Shown piece after piece: positions 38,438 through 48,014 of a DNA stretch of 64,000 nt. Under the pieces are notes generated by a model. The model was not told the DNA's origin and searched no databases. It saw only the letters and a program-made list of their open reading frames with translations. Positions within the stretch are counted from its first letter, which is position 1. Each line of letters begins with the position of its first letter. The stretch is taken from IMG/VR virus record IMGVR_UViG_3300032315_000774, positions 73,166 to 137,165 of that record, one strand, 5' to 3'. Made by a program: the position numbers and the translations under genes. The stretch is from a virus.

Positions 38438-40177
38438 CTACCTCTGGATCGAGCGATCCGTGCGGACGGACGGCACCAGGTCACTCCACTCTTCCGTCAG
38501 CCCACCATCTTGCGTGTCAGGAAGCGCCCAGGCCCGCTTGCCTGCGGGATTCACAGCGAGCTGCTGCAAGATGGTAGACCAGTCACCCTCGAACCGCAAC
38601 GCGCGGTCGTCGACGAAGGCGTCGGCTTGTGGCTTGTGGCCGATCCAGATGTCGCTGAACGGCACACCTACCGAAGTCAAGTAGTCGCTCAGTGCGGCTT
38701 CGAGTTCCGCCGTCGAGGTCTCATCGAGCCCAGAGAATCGCGCCGTGTAGATCGAGACACGCCACCCGAGCTGCATCAGCTCGTTCAGCGCCTCGATCGC
38801 GCCCGGAAGAGGGTCACCGAACTTGCCTTCTTCGCCCCAGCCAGACTCGTACGAGAGGATCGTTCCGTCGAGGTCGACCGCGACCCAAGGCTGACGTTGC
38901 GCGCGCATGCCCATGTGCATGCCGTCCGGATACGAGTTCGCCCAGTCCGTCGCCCAGGACGTAGGCTCACCAGGCTCGTCCGTCGGCTCTGGATGCTCCC
39001 AGTCCTTGAACGTCGTCGGGAAGCGTGCGCGAACGAGGAACGCGCGACGCAAGAACATCTGCGACGCGCGCCATGCAGCCCACGCAGCCGCTTGTGCTTC
39101 CTGTGCGGTGAGACCGAACTTCGCTCCCGCGATGCCGTAGTCACGCGTGACTTGGTCACGGAGAAGGTCTGGGATGCTCTTGTCGAGCGGACGTCCGAGC
39201 CAGATGCCGATCGCGTGCTTGTCCACGACGACTTCGTCTTGGTAGCGGACCGGATCGAAGATCGACAGGAAGAAGGGGAAGACTTTCGGCCCGAGGATCG
39301 CCGAGAAGTCGCCCTTCATGATGAGCGCGTAGGCGCGTTGCATCGACGTGTCGAGGTGGTAGACGCGATCGAACTGACCTGACAGCACAATGTCTGCGCG
39401 ACGGATGTTCTCGACCCAGTCCGTCTGCGGTGACATGATCGCGATGACGCCTGCGACGGTCATCAGGTCTTTGTTGTACTTGCGCGCGAGCTGGACAGCG
39501 GTGTCGTGCGCGTACCGATACCACTTGCGCCAGTATTCCAGCTCTTCGGGCGTAAGCGTGCTGAGTACGTACTCGATGTTCGCAACGCCCTTCTTCGAGC
39601 TGCGCTCGGTGTAGTCCGTCGGGCTCAGACGGCTTTCGTCGAGGATGTTCTGACGGAACGGGATCATCTCCCGCTTCGACTCGGGTAGGATGTCCAGCTC
39701 TTCTTGGATGTACTGCTCGTACTCTTCGTCCGAAACAGGCGTGACTTTGAACCTGTGACGGAAGCGCTCGGGGTCTGTGATCGCGTCACGGATCGGCGCG
39801 ACTTCCTGCGACTTCGGATCGAAGATCCGCATGTCGAGGAGCTTGTTCTTCGAGCCAGGCGGGAGGGCAGTGACCTCCGACGGCAGCGCGAAGTTCTCGA
39901 TCGTCGGCATGTGCTTCGTGTACTGCTCCTGCACGACGGGAGCGTCCGGCGACACGCGCGGCCACTCGTTCGGATCTTCGAAGCGTCTGACGTGACGGCG
40001 CTGCGCTTCCTTGATCCAGTCGCCTTCCCACGCGGACTGCAGCGACAGACCGCGAGGCTCGTCAGGCGGCGTCGTGAAGCCTTCGGTCGCTGGATAGGTC
40101 CACGGATCGTTGTCGGGCGCGAGCGAGCTGAAGCCCTCGTCGACTGCAGGTGAATAGTGGAAGGCGTTCTTGGTCAT
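38438..40177 (-). CDS. Multidomain protein: HhH/glycosylase-like (DUF7178-type) domain plus HAD-superfamily phosphatase domain
   Basis: 'WYRYAH...VAGVIAIMSPQTDW..N...GPKV..F...VVVDKHA...AQAAAW', then 'VAVDLDGTI...IYTAR...KPQADAFVDDRA'. Confidence 0.7.
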   Translation of the reverse strand: MTKNAFHYSPAVDEGFSSLAPDNDPWTYPATEGFTTPPDEPRGLSLQSAWEGDWIKEAQRRHVRRFEDPNEWPRVSPDAPVVQEQYTKHMPTIENFALPSEVTALPPGSKNKLLDMRIFDPKSQEVAPIRDAITDPERFRHRFKVTPVSDEEYEQYIQEELDILPESKREMIPFRQNILDESRLSPTDYTERSSKKGVANIEYVLSTLTPEELEYWRKWYRYAHDTAVQLARKYNKDLMTVAGVIAIMSPQTDWVENIRRADIVLSGQFDRVYHLDTSMQRAYALIMKGDFSAILGPKVFPFFLSIFDPVRYQDEVVVDKHAIGIWLGRPLDKSIPDLLRDQVTRDYGIAGAKFGLTAQEAQAAAWAAWRASQMFLRRAFLVRARFPTTFKDWEHPEPTDEPGEPTSWATDWANSYPDGMHMGMRAQRQPWVAVDLDGTILSYESGWGEEGKFGDPLPGAIEALNELMQLGWRVSIYTARFSGLDETSTAELEAALSDYLTSVGVPFSDIWIGHKPQADAFVDDRALRFEGDWSTILQQLAVNPAGKRAWALPDTQDGGLTEEWSDLVPSVRTDRSIQR

Positions 40178-42198
40178 CGTGTTCTCCGTGGCATGAGCGG
40201 ACGTACGACACCACCACGTGTGCTCCAGTCGCGCCCGCTCTGTTCGACGCGTTCACGTCGAGTGCGCTTCGAGTTATCGGTCTGAACGTCGCTGATGCCG
40301 GACGCTTGGATGATGCGGTTGGCATGGAACACCGTTCGAATGACGTCGTCGGAGTGTTCTCCGCGTCGGCCTTTGTTCTTGAGCGGGTTCGACACTACGC
40401 GTGTGTCTGGGTCCTCTTGCAGCTCGAACAGTTCGGCGAGCGCGATGCTCTCCATGTGCATGTCGAGGTGAGAGATCTTGGTGAAGTTTGTGCCGTCGAA
40501 GTCGTCTGCGTGTGGACGTGGCATGCGGACACGTCCTTCCATCGCGTTGGCGCGGAACATCGCCACGTCGTCCTTCGACAGTGACCGCTTCTCAGCACGG
40601 ATGCCCATGTTACGGATCTGCTGGATCATCGAAGTCGACTGCCAGCGGTCGAACTCGACGGACGCGATCGAGATCTTGTCCTTGAGTTCTTCGATGAGGC
40701 GTACGACCGAATCGAACCACACAGGCTTGTTCAGCTCGGGGACGATACGAAACGTCATCACGACGACCGTGACCTTGTACGGGCCGTCTGTACCTTCCAC
40801 GATGTCTTCTCGCGAGATGGTCATGGCGAAGCTGTCGAAGCTCTCACCTGCGTCGAGCGTGATGATGTGCGGTCGGCGAGAGAAGTCGTAGGCCGCGCTC
40901 ATCACGTACGCGCCCACGTACGTGTTCTTCAGTTCATCTTCGAACGTCCGCGTTCCCAGCTGAATGAGCGTAGGCACATCCGCGAGTACGGTCTGACAGA
41001 ATCGTGGCTGGTTGATGATGAACGGGAACGCCGAACCGGGAGGGTTGGCGCCGTAGTCGCGCTCGGCGCCGACAGGATCCTTCATGAACTCGTCGGCCAG
41101 CGACTCGCGTGACTCGAACGGTGTGAACTCCCAGGTCGGCCGATGTTGGAAGTACATGCGCTTCAGCTTGGGTGCTGTGCGAAGAAGCTCCCACGTGTAG
41201 TCGGACCGAGACAGCGGCGAGGTCACGCTGAAGATCGATCCGATCCACGACGGACCGCCGTACAGCTTGGTGCGTGAACGCAGCGTGCGAAGCGAGCGCT
41301 CCATCGCTCGGTACGCTTCACGTGCGGAGAGACGCGAGTCCTGACCTGTGAAGTACGCCAGCTCGTCGATGAAGGCAGCAGGCCGCGTGCGTCCACGGTT
41401 CGCACCCGAGTTTGCAGACAGCGAGACCATGTTGAGCTTGATTGCAGGATGACCGATGGTGATCTTCTTCTTGCTGACCGTGTACTTCCACGGCGTCGAG
41501 TCTGCAGACTCCTGGTTCTTCTCCGCTTGCTGAATCCATGTCGTGAAGCGACGAAACCACGGAGCTTCTTCACGAAGGCCGATGTACTTCGCCCAGACGG
41601 TGTCTTCAGCCTGCACCGCTGACGACGCCAAGAACGCGACCTCGAACGGGTCACGCTTCGCCGTGCCAAAGAACTGAAACAGCCCGCCTGGTGTCGCGAG
41701 ACCTGTGACGATGAGCCAGTGCTCGATGTAGGTCGCGATGATTGCTGCCGTCACCGACTTCCCAGCGCGCTGACCGATAACCAAGTGCATCTGGTTGAAG
41801 CCGCGAAAGAAGCCCTCTTCTTCGAGCTGTCCACGCGTGATGTGGCAGCTCGGGCATTCGTCTTCTTGAAGTCTCGGGTTGAACTCCAGAAGAACTTCAG
41901 CTGCCAGCTGTTCGCGTGTCTTTCCCCAGCAATCGCCGTAGTCGCCGTCCTTCGTCGTTCCCGGGTTGCAGATCGGGCAGCGCAGCTCGAAGTAATCGCG
42001 CAAGATCTGATACTGCCGCCAGACATCCGCGACCGAACCGAAGTTCAAGAAGTCGGGGTCCATCACCCAGCGGATGATGTTCGGAGCGACCTGCGTGACC
42101 CAGCCGTCTGCAGACGCACCTGTAGCAGTCAGCGGCGTTGTCTTCGCCGCTTCGTACGATCGCTTCAGCTCCTGTAGGAAGTCGACTTCGCGTGCCAT
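40174..42198 (-). CDS. terL: Terminase large subunit
   Basis: Walker A 'GQRAGKS', Walker B 'FIDE', coupling motif 'VTSP', nuclease residues 'LDAG', 'FDRWQS' and 'SDD'. Confidence 0.88.
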   Translation of the reverse strand: MAREVDFLQELKRSYEAAKTTPLTATGASADGWVTQVAPNIIRWVMDPDFLNFGSVADVWRQYQILRDYFELRCPICNPGTTKDGDYGDCWGKTREQLAAEVLLEFNPRLQEDECPSCHITRGQLEEEGFFRGFNQMHLVIGQRAGKSVTAAIIATYIEHWLIVTGLATPGGLFQFFGTAKRDPFEVAFLASSAVQAEDTVWAKYIGLREEAPWFRRFTTWIQQAEKNQESADSTPWKYTVSKKKITIGHPAIKLNMVSLSANSGANRGRTRPAAFIDELAYFTGQDSRLSAREAYRAMERSLRTLRSRTKLYGGPSWIGSIFSVTSPLSRSDYTWELLRTAPKLKRMYFQHRPTWEFTPFESRESLADEFMKDPVGAERDYGANPPGSAFPFIINQPRFCQTVLADVPTLIQLGTRTFEDELKNTYVGAYVMSAAYDFSRRPHIITLDAGESFDSFAMTISREDIVEGTDGPYKVTVVVMTFRIVPELNKPVWFDSVVRLIEELKDKISIASVEFDRWQSTSMIQQIRNMGIRAEKRSLSKDDVAMFRANAMEGRVRMPRPHADDFDGTNFTKISHLDMHMESIALAELFELQEDPDTRVVSNPLKNKGRRGEHSDDVIRTVFHANRIIQASGISDVQTDNSKRTRRERVEQSGRDWSTRGGVVRPLMPRRTR

Positions 42199-42201
42199 GA
42201 T

Positions 42202-42981
42202 TCAGCTCAGAGCATCAGCGGGCACCTGCACTGTGAACGAGTCATCGAACGCGACCAGCACGCCCTCGGTCGTCACACGCACCACCGTGCCCTTCATCCC
42301 CTTGTCCATGTGAAAGCGCTGCCCACCGCGACCGATGTACACGAACTCGCGCGTGAGCTTCACACGACTCGTCGGCGCGAACTCCCGCATGACCTCTTCA
42401 CGCGACGGCAGCACTTCTGCTTCGCCGCCACCTTCGGTATCGGCGTCTGCGTCGGCCGACGCGCGGATGCCGCGCTGCCAGCGGTAGACTTCACCTTCGA
42501 CCTTGCCGTTCGGGAGCGAGTACATGTTGGATCGATCGGGGATCTTCTCCTTGAACTCGGCCGCCTCGATGATCCGGTTGAAGCTGCTCTGCGCGATGAT
42601 CATCGGCTGGTTGCCGTAGTACATGATGCTCGGCGTCTCGACCTGACCTGCACGCACGACAAGCGGGATGTCGATGAAGTGCTGCGCGCCTGAACGGCTC
42701 CGCAGCTTCAGCTGGTACTGAAGCTCACCATCTTCGATGCCGTGACCGCCGAGACCTGAGCTACGATGCGTGCCCTTGTAGAACACCTCGTAGCCGCGAG
42801 GCAGGCTCATCGTGTCGAGCAAGTTCGCGATGGCCATGCGGCCTGCGAGCTGTGGCGAGTGCTGGACGCCCAAGCGGTCGTCCTTGTTCCAGCCGCCCTG
42901 GAACTGACCAAGCACGCGTTGGAAGAACGCACGCTTCGTCTGCTTGTACTCCGGACGCAGGTTCAGCTCAGGCAGTCTCAT
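42202..42981 (-). CDS. Hypothetical protein with C-terminal SH3-like domain
   Basis: C-terminus 'SRVKL...KGMKGTVVRVTTEGVLVAFDD'. Confidence 0.6.
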   Translation of the reverse strand: MRLPELNLRPEYKQTKRAFFQRVLGQFQGGWNKDDRLGVQHSPQLAGRMAIANLLDTMSLPRGYEVFYKGTHRSSGLGGHGIEDGELQYQLKLRSRSGAQHFIDIPLVVRAGQVETPSIMYYGNQPMIIAQSSFNRIIEAAEFKEKIPDRSNMYSLPNGKVEGEVYRWQRGIRASADADADTEGGGEAEVLPSREEVMREFAPTSRVKLTREFVYIGRGGQRFHMDKGMKGTVVRVTTEGVLVAFDDSFTVQVPADALS

Positions 42982-43874
42982 GTTTTCCTCGCGATCAGTT
43001 CGAGCCAGGTGTTGGGGCCGACACGGACCAGACGCGCGATGTCCGCGAGGTCTGCGGCGATGAATGCTTGTCCAATCGTGTCCATGCCTTCGGGAGTCGT
43101 TGCTGCCGCGTACGCTGTCGCGAAGTCACCGTCGCTCAGGTTCATGCTTCTGAGCCAACGTCCGATGATCTCCGGCGAGACCACTGCACGCTTCAGCTGC
43201 TGGTTCAGTGCTACAGGAGCCCACGCAACACCGCCACCACGAAACGCAGCTTCGAGCATCGCCACGGCGAAGTCGGCGACGTCGAGGCTGATGTCGAGCT
43301 GTGCGCGAACAGGCCACACAGGGAATGCGTAGCCGTCGACAGGTGACACCGGCATCGCAGGCAGCGGGTTCTCTTGCGCCTCGCTGAAGGCTTGGTCTGG
43401 CAGCATGCGGTCCTGCCAGCGGTTCGGAGCTTTCGGCGGCATCGAGCGCGGATGCGGCAGCGACTCCGGCTTCATGGTGTAGTAGCCGTCGCTGAGAGGC
43501 GCTGCTTCGGTGATCGTGCGCAGTAGGTTGTAGGTCTGCTGCGCGACGCGCGCACCTTCCTGAAGGCGACCTTGCGCTGTCTCCAGCACGCCCGTTCCTA
43601 CGTGACTCCACGTCTCGCGAGAGCCTGGCATCGCACGCACGACACGCGCGATGCGGTCGCCGTCGACGAAGCCGATGTCGATCGGAAACGCCACGCGCCC
43701 CATGTGAAAGGAGAGACGACGCCGCTCGCGGCTTGGAAACCACAGGGCTTCTTGAGCCGCGAGCGGGTCGTGTTCCTGCAGCCCGAGCTGTTGCTCGGCA
43801 GCGGTCATCGCGACCGACGCGACGTATCGCGACGCAGCGACGTTGATGCCGACCTTGAGCCCAGGACGCAGCAT
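42978..43874 (-). CDS. DUF192-domain protein with C-terminal extensions
   Basis: 'EQQLGLQ...LWFP...FHMGRVAFPIDIGFVD...VLET' matches the DUF192 pattern. Confidence 0.7.
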   Translation of the reverse strand: MLRPGLKVGINVAASRYVASVAMTAAEQQLGLQEHDPLAAQEALWFPSRERRRLSFHMGRVAFPIDIGFVDGDRIARVVRAMPGSRETWSHVGTGVLETAQGRLQEGARVAQQTYNLLRTITEAAPLSDGYYTMKPESLPHPRSMPPKAPNRWQDRMLPDQAFSEAQENPLPAMPVSPVDGYAFPVWPVRAQLDISLDVADFAVAMLEAAFRGGGVAWAPVALNQQLKRAVVSPEIIGRWLRSMNLSDGDFATAYAAATTPEGMDTIGQAFIAADLADIARLVRVGPNTWLELIARKT

Positions 43875-43877
43875 CGT

Positions 43878-44528
43878 TCAGCTCGTGCGGAGGAACTGAG
43901 CGATGGCGGTGCCCGCTGCGGTGCCGTCGGTCATGCGGAGGACCAGCGGGCTGCCACGCGCGACCGAAGGGAGCACGCCCGAGCCTGCGGTCTGGCCGGT
44001 GCCGTTGTCGCGCACGCGACCTGCGGCGGCCGTCGACATCGCCTGCGTGAGCTGCGCGCCTGCGCCTGCCAGCGCGGTGCGCATGTTGGCGGTGCTGCCG
44101 CCACCGCCTGCGGTCTGGATCATCAGCTGCGAGTCCATGAGGTCGCCTGCGAACGGCATCGACGAGAGCATGGTGACGTCACGCGCACCTGCACCGCCTG
44201 CAGCGAACGTCGTGCGCACGAAGATCGAGCCGTCGGCGATGCCGCCTGCGCTGATCGTCGTGCTGATGTCGGCGCCCAGGATCGAGCCTGGCCCCTGGAT
44301 GACGCGGAGGCGGATGATGCCCGCTCCGAGCCACGTGATGATCTGCGGCTGCAGGTTCAGCTCGTCGAGCGTCGCGGCGTCACCGACGTCGACGCTGGCC
44401 GTCGCTGTGCCTGCAGGCCCCAGCTGCGCACGGATGATGCGGTTCGAGGTCTTGTCGATCGTGAGGTCGATCGCCAACGTGTTGGCGGTGAGGTTGTCGA
44501 TCCAGAGGCGTCCGTTGACTGCACCCAT
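43878..44528 (-). CDS. Probable virion structural protein
   Basis: A/G/T-rich, ~216 aa, high-expression codon use. Start MGAVNG at 44528. Confidence 0.55.
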   Translation of the reverse strand: MGAVNGRLWIDNLTANTLAIDLTIDKTSNRIIRAQLGPAGTATASVDVGDAATLDELNLQPQIITWLGAGIIRLRVIQGPGSILGADISTTISAGGIADGSIFVRTTFAAGGAGARDVTMLSSMPFAGDLMDSQLMIQTAGGGGSTANMRTALAGAGAQLTQAMSTAAAGRVRDNGTGQTAGSGVLPSVARGSPLVLRMTDGTAAGTAIAQFLRTS

Positions 44529-44529
44529 G

Positions 44530-44781
44530 TTACTCTCGCTCCTTGAACTGATCACCGACCAGTTCGTAGTTGCCTGGCTCCGTGCAGAAGGTCGCGCCGA
44601 GAGTTTCGATCGTCTGCTTGAGTCGATCTTCAGCCACTCGAATCGCTTCGATCTGCTGCTGTTTCTTGGTCTCGAAGTCGGCCATCAGCTGACCGAGCAC
44701 TCGGTGCTTCTCGTGTAGCTCGGCACGCAGCGCCTGCAATCGCAGGTACGCGCTCGAACTAATGGTGAAGGTTTTGCTCAC
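44530..44781 (-). CDS. Small coiled-coil protein
   Basis: 83 aa, GAGG RBS. Confidence 0.55.
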   Translation of the reverse strand: MSKTFTISSSAYLRLQALRAELHEKHRVLGQLMADFETKKQQQIEAIRVAEDRLKQTIETLGATFCTEPGNYELVGDQFKERE

Positions 44782-45214
44782 GTGCGACCTCTTGGACAGC
44801 CTCCGAAGAGACGACTTGCAAGATGTCGAGGAGCCTCTTGTCGATCAAGTCTTGCAGCTGTCGTGCAGCTTCGTGGTGCTTGCCTGCGCCGTGAAGAGCG
44901 CTGATCTGCCGAAGCTCGTGGAGCAACGGCTTGGTCAGATGTGTCATCACGCGTCCAGTCATCGTGCGAAGACGCGCGCGTTCGCCTGCTTCTGCCTTGC
45001 GCAAGTCGGCGATGGCTCGCATGCACTGACGGAACTCGCCGACGATCGGCGCCAGAGTCTTCACGAACTGCGCATGCTGTGCTCGCCGCTCAGCTGGCGT
45101 GACGAGAGGACTCTCGTCTTTGTCTTCTGCCGCGTCGAACAGGTCATCGAGACACTTCTGAAGTCGCTGTGAGAACTTCAGAAGATCTTGGATGTTCTCA
45201 GTTGAGTTGCTCAT
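44759..45214 (-). CDS. Helical hypothetical protein (possible terminase small subunit)
   Basis: Start MSNSTE at 45214 (ATGA overlap). All-helical. The TerS assignment is only a guess from size and position. Confidence 0.45.
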   Translation of the reverse strand: MSNSTENIQDLLKFSQRLQKCLDDLFDAAEDKDESPLVTPAERRAQHAQFVKTLAPIVGEFRQCMRAIADLRKAEAGERARLRTMTGRVMTHLTKPLLHELRQISALHGAGKHHEAARQLQDLIDKRLLDILQVVSSEAVQEVAREQNLHH

Positions 45215-45759
45215 GCTTGCCTCAACGCGCGTACGAGCTGTGTCTTCGACAGACCTTCCGTCGCGATGCCGCGAGCTGTGGCTTGCACGCGCAGCTTCTC
45301 GATCGTCCAATCCATCGTCGGCACGTCACGAGAGATCTTCTTGTCGATCTCTTCGTCGTCGTCCGCCTTCTTCTTGACCGCGACACTTGCAGGTGTCGAT
45401 GCAGTCGCCTGTGCAGCTGGAGCCTTGACTTCTTCGGTCTTTACCGCTCCCAAGAGGTCATCGAGCGACACGATCGTCGACAGGACAGCTTGCTTGTCGA
45501 CGACCTCTTGTGCAGGAGCTTGCGGCTCGGCGTCGCTCAGATGAACGAAGCGACCGTCACGGAGATGACGCTGGAAGTCAGGAGACCTGTCCAGAATCAG
45601 CTGAGCCTCCGCGCTCGACGTGCCGAGCTTGACGTCCAGCTCCGTGACGCCGGGAAGCAACAAGATCGACGTGTGGCGCACGCCTTTGCGCATCGACTGT
45701 GCCGACGCCAAGACGAACGTCACGCTGATCGCGTGCATGGTGTTGTTCAGAACTCTCAT
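45211..45759 (-). CDS. Protein with C-terminal Rho-N/HeH (SAP-like) motif
   Basis: 'WTIEKLRVQATARGIATEGLSKTQLVRAL'. Confidence 0.65.
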   Translation of the reverse strand: MRVLNNTMHAISVTFVLASAQSMRKGVRHTSILLLPGVTELDVKLGTSSAEAQLILDRSPDFQRHLRDGRFVHLSDAEPQAPAQEVVDKQAVLSTIVSLDDLLGAVKTEEVKAPAAQATASTPASVAVKKKADDDEEIDKKISRDVPTMDWTIEKLRVQATARGIATEGLSKTQLVRALRQA

Positions 45760-48011
45760 CGCACTCCTACGGTCGGGATGCCTGTGGCAGGCTGATTCGA
45801 CCTGTAGCGCAGTGTAGCGATTCCTGCCTCCGGGTCCAGAGACATCACGCGCACTGCGCTCACCCAGCCCCAGTCGACCTTGAGCTGCGTTGCTTGTGCA
45901 CGGAACGCCGACTCGACGAAGTTGCTCAGGTTGTGGCCTGCCGCTGCGTCCGCATCGAAGATGACGTCGACGAAGTTGTACGCGCCTTCTGTACGTGGGT
46001 TCACGACCTCGAACGGGATGTCGCCGAACGCGCGTGGGCGTACTGGACCCGAGCCATGCGTATCCTCGAACAGCTCGTTCCCCGGAACTTCCTTCTGCGC
46101 ACGTCGAGCAGCTTCAGGGGTGCGAACCTTACGAGGCTCCATGTCGCGCCGCTTGACTTTGCGAGGAGCAGGCACGTTCGGTGTCACCTCTGCAGGCGCT
46201 GCAGGCGCTGCAGGCGCTTCTTGCTCAGGCTCGGACGTGTCGATGCCGTATGGCGACTTCTCCTTCTGAACACGCCACGGGTTCCAGTACGAAGGTGTCT
46301 CTGACTCCGTCATGCGCGGACGAAGAACGCTGCGAGGACCAGAACGCGTGCTGGGCTGCATCACGTTGCCTTCGGAGTCGTAGCGCTTCGGATCGAGAAG
46401 ATACTCGCCGATCGAGGGGTTCGATCGAATGACCGCAGCCAGCTGTTCTGGCTTCGACTTCGACAGCATGTCTGGCTTGCTGCGCAGGTACTGAGCCAGC
46501 ACTGTGTCCACGTACTGTGAGTACGTGTTCGGTCGACTGAGCACGGCGTCCGCGATGTCTTCCGGTGTCACCAGCTTCTTCGACTGATCGACCGCACGTA
46601 CCTCGAACCCGCGCGCCAGCGAAGCCACGACCTGCATGTGGAGCAGCTTGTCGTCGAACATCGACGCCGTCCGCTCCGCGAGCTGCTTGACCATCTCGTC
46701 GCCGTACTCGTCGTAGTACCGCTTCCAGTAGTCGGACGCCGTGCTGTCGACAGCGGCCTTGTCCTCGGCTGTGTGGCCTGACGGTTCGAGCCAGTCTGGC
46801 AGCTCCGAAGGCGCCATCGTGCGGTACGAGTCGTCTTCCCGCTGACGCAAGCGGCGCTGCTTGCGCTTCGCCTCTTCGCGCGCGATCTCTTCTTGTGCTT
46901 GGTCGGCACGACCCATGTCTGCTGGGCTCATGCGCTGGACCATCGTCTTCTGACGATCCGACTCCAGACGCAGCGGCACGCGCTTGTTGTCGACGTGGTC
47001 GTAGTCGATCTTGGCGTCGTCGAACTCCTTCAGCACGTCGTCGAGCGCTGCACGCGGCACGTAGACGTAGCTGTCGAGGTAGACGTCTGAGTTGTCTTCG
47101 GTCTCTCGCTGGACCAGACGGCCACTGAAGCGCTCGATGATGCTCTTGGCGCGCTCCGCGTTCGTCACTGCACGGTCCCATGCCTCGGTGCGGTCTGTCT
47201 CCGGCTTGAAGGGTGCCATGAGGTCGCCGCTTTCGATGTACCCGCACAACAGCTCGATCTGAACCTCGTCGCCTTCGCTCGCGTGGTGCAGCATCTGCTC
47301 GTTGCTGTCGTTGTGCGACAGCGGCCCGACGAACATGGACTCGTAGGCGTCGTCCGACGTCGAGATGCCTTCGTTCGTCGGCTGACGATCGATGCCAGTC
47401 GTCGTCTCGAACGCACGCTTCGCCAGCTCCTTCGTCGCGAAACGAAGACGCAGGTGAAGACGTCCTGGCTGCCGGTCATCACCGTCGATGACGCGCGCGC
47501 CTGGATACGCTCGACGTACGAACTCGGCGACGTCTGACTCGCTCGGCTTGAAGCCTGCGTCGAGCTGCAGCGTCGCTGTGTACTCGAAGCCCTCTGCGTC
47601 TGCAGGCGTGAGCGAGCGTGTGCTCGCGAAGCGCTCCTGCCGCACAGCTGTGCGACGGAACTCTTCGGCGAGCTTCGCCCGCTTCAACGCGCCACTGAGC
47701 GGTCGCACCTTGCTCGCAGGCAAGATGAACCGACTGGCGCTCTCGTCGGCGAGGATGTGGACCATCCCATCGCTCGTCGCACGCACGACGATGCCTGCTT
47801 GCACCGAGCCGTCGGTGTGGTCGAACTCGACCTGTGCATCCTTCTTCCAGCGGCCGTCGTCGAGCTTGCCTGCGGCCCACAGTGCGTCACCTGCAGCACG
47901 CAGATGACGGTCACCGACACCCGCGAGTGCTGCATCCCAGTTGATGCGAGCCTGCGGTGTCGGTGCCGCCGCGACCTTGGGGTTCTTGAATGGGTCTCGC
48001 TCCAGAACCAC
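45756..48011 (-). CDS. Large multi-segment hypothetical protein (putative internal head protein)
   Basis: 751 aa, charged, segmented; contains the DYWxxYxxxYG motif. Confidence 0.65.
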   Translation of the reverse strand: MVLERDPFKNPKVAAAPTPQARINWDAALAGVGDRHLRAAGDALWAAGKLDDGRWKKDAQVEFDHTDGSVQAGIVVRATSDGMVHILADESASRFILPASKVRPLSGALKRAKLAEEFRRTAVRQERFASTRSLTPADAEGFEYTATLQLDAGFKPSESDVAEFVRRAYPGARVIDGDDRQPGRLHLRLRFATKELAKRAFETTTGIDRQPTNEGISTSDDAYESMFVGPLSHNDSNEQMLHHASEGDEVQIELLCGYIESGDLMAPFKPETDRTEAWDRAVTNAERAKSIIERFSGRLVQRETEDNSDVYLDSYVYVPRAALDDVLKEFDDAKIDYDHVDNKRVPLRLESDRQKTMVQRMSPADMGRADQAQEEIAREEAKRKQRRLRQREDDSYRTMAPSELPDWLEPSGHTAEDKAAVDSTASDYWKRYYDEYGDEMVKQLAERTASMFDDKLLHMQVVASLARGFEVRAVDQSKKLVTPEDIADAVLSRPNTYSQYVDTVLAQYLRSKPDMLSKSKPEQLAAVIRSNPSIGEYLLDPKRYDSEGNVMQPSTRSGPRSVLRPRMTESETPSYWNPWRVQKEKSPYGIDTSEPEQEAPAAPAAPAEVTPNVPAPRKVKRRDMEPRKVRTPEAARRAQKEVPGNELFEDTHGSGPVRPRAFGDIPFEVVNPRTEGAYNFVDVIFDADAAAGHNLSNFVESAFRAQATQLKVDWGWVSAVRVMSLDPEAGIATLRYRSNQPATGIPTVGVR

Positions 48012-48014
48012 GGT

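Noticed and set aside
46191-46219. GCAGGCGCT x3 tandem repeat (similar runs at ~34895-34925 and ~36705-36745)
   Set aside because: These encode Ala-Pro or poly-Gly linkers within genes.
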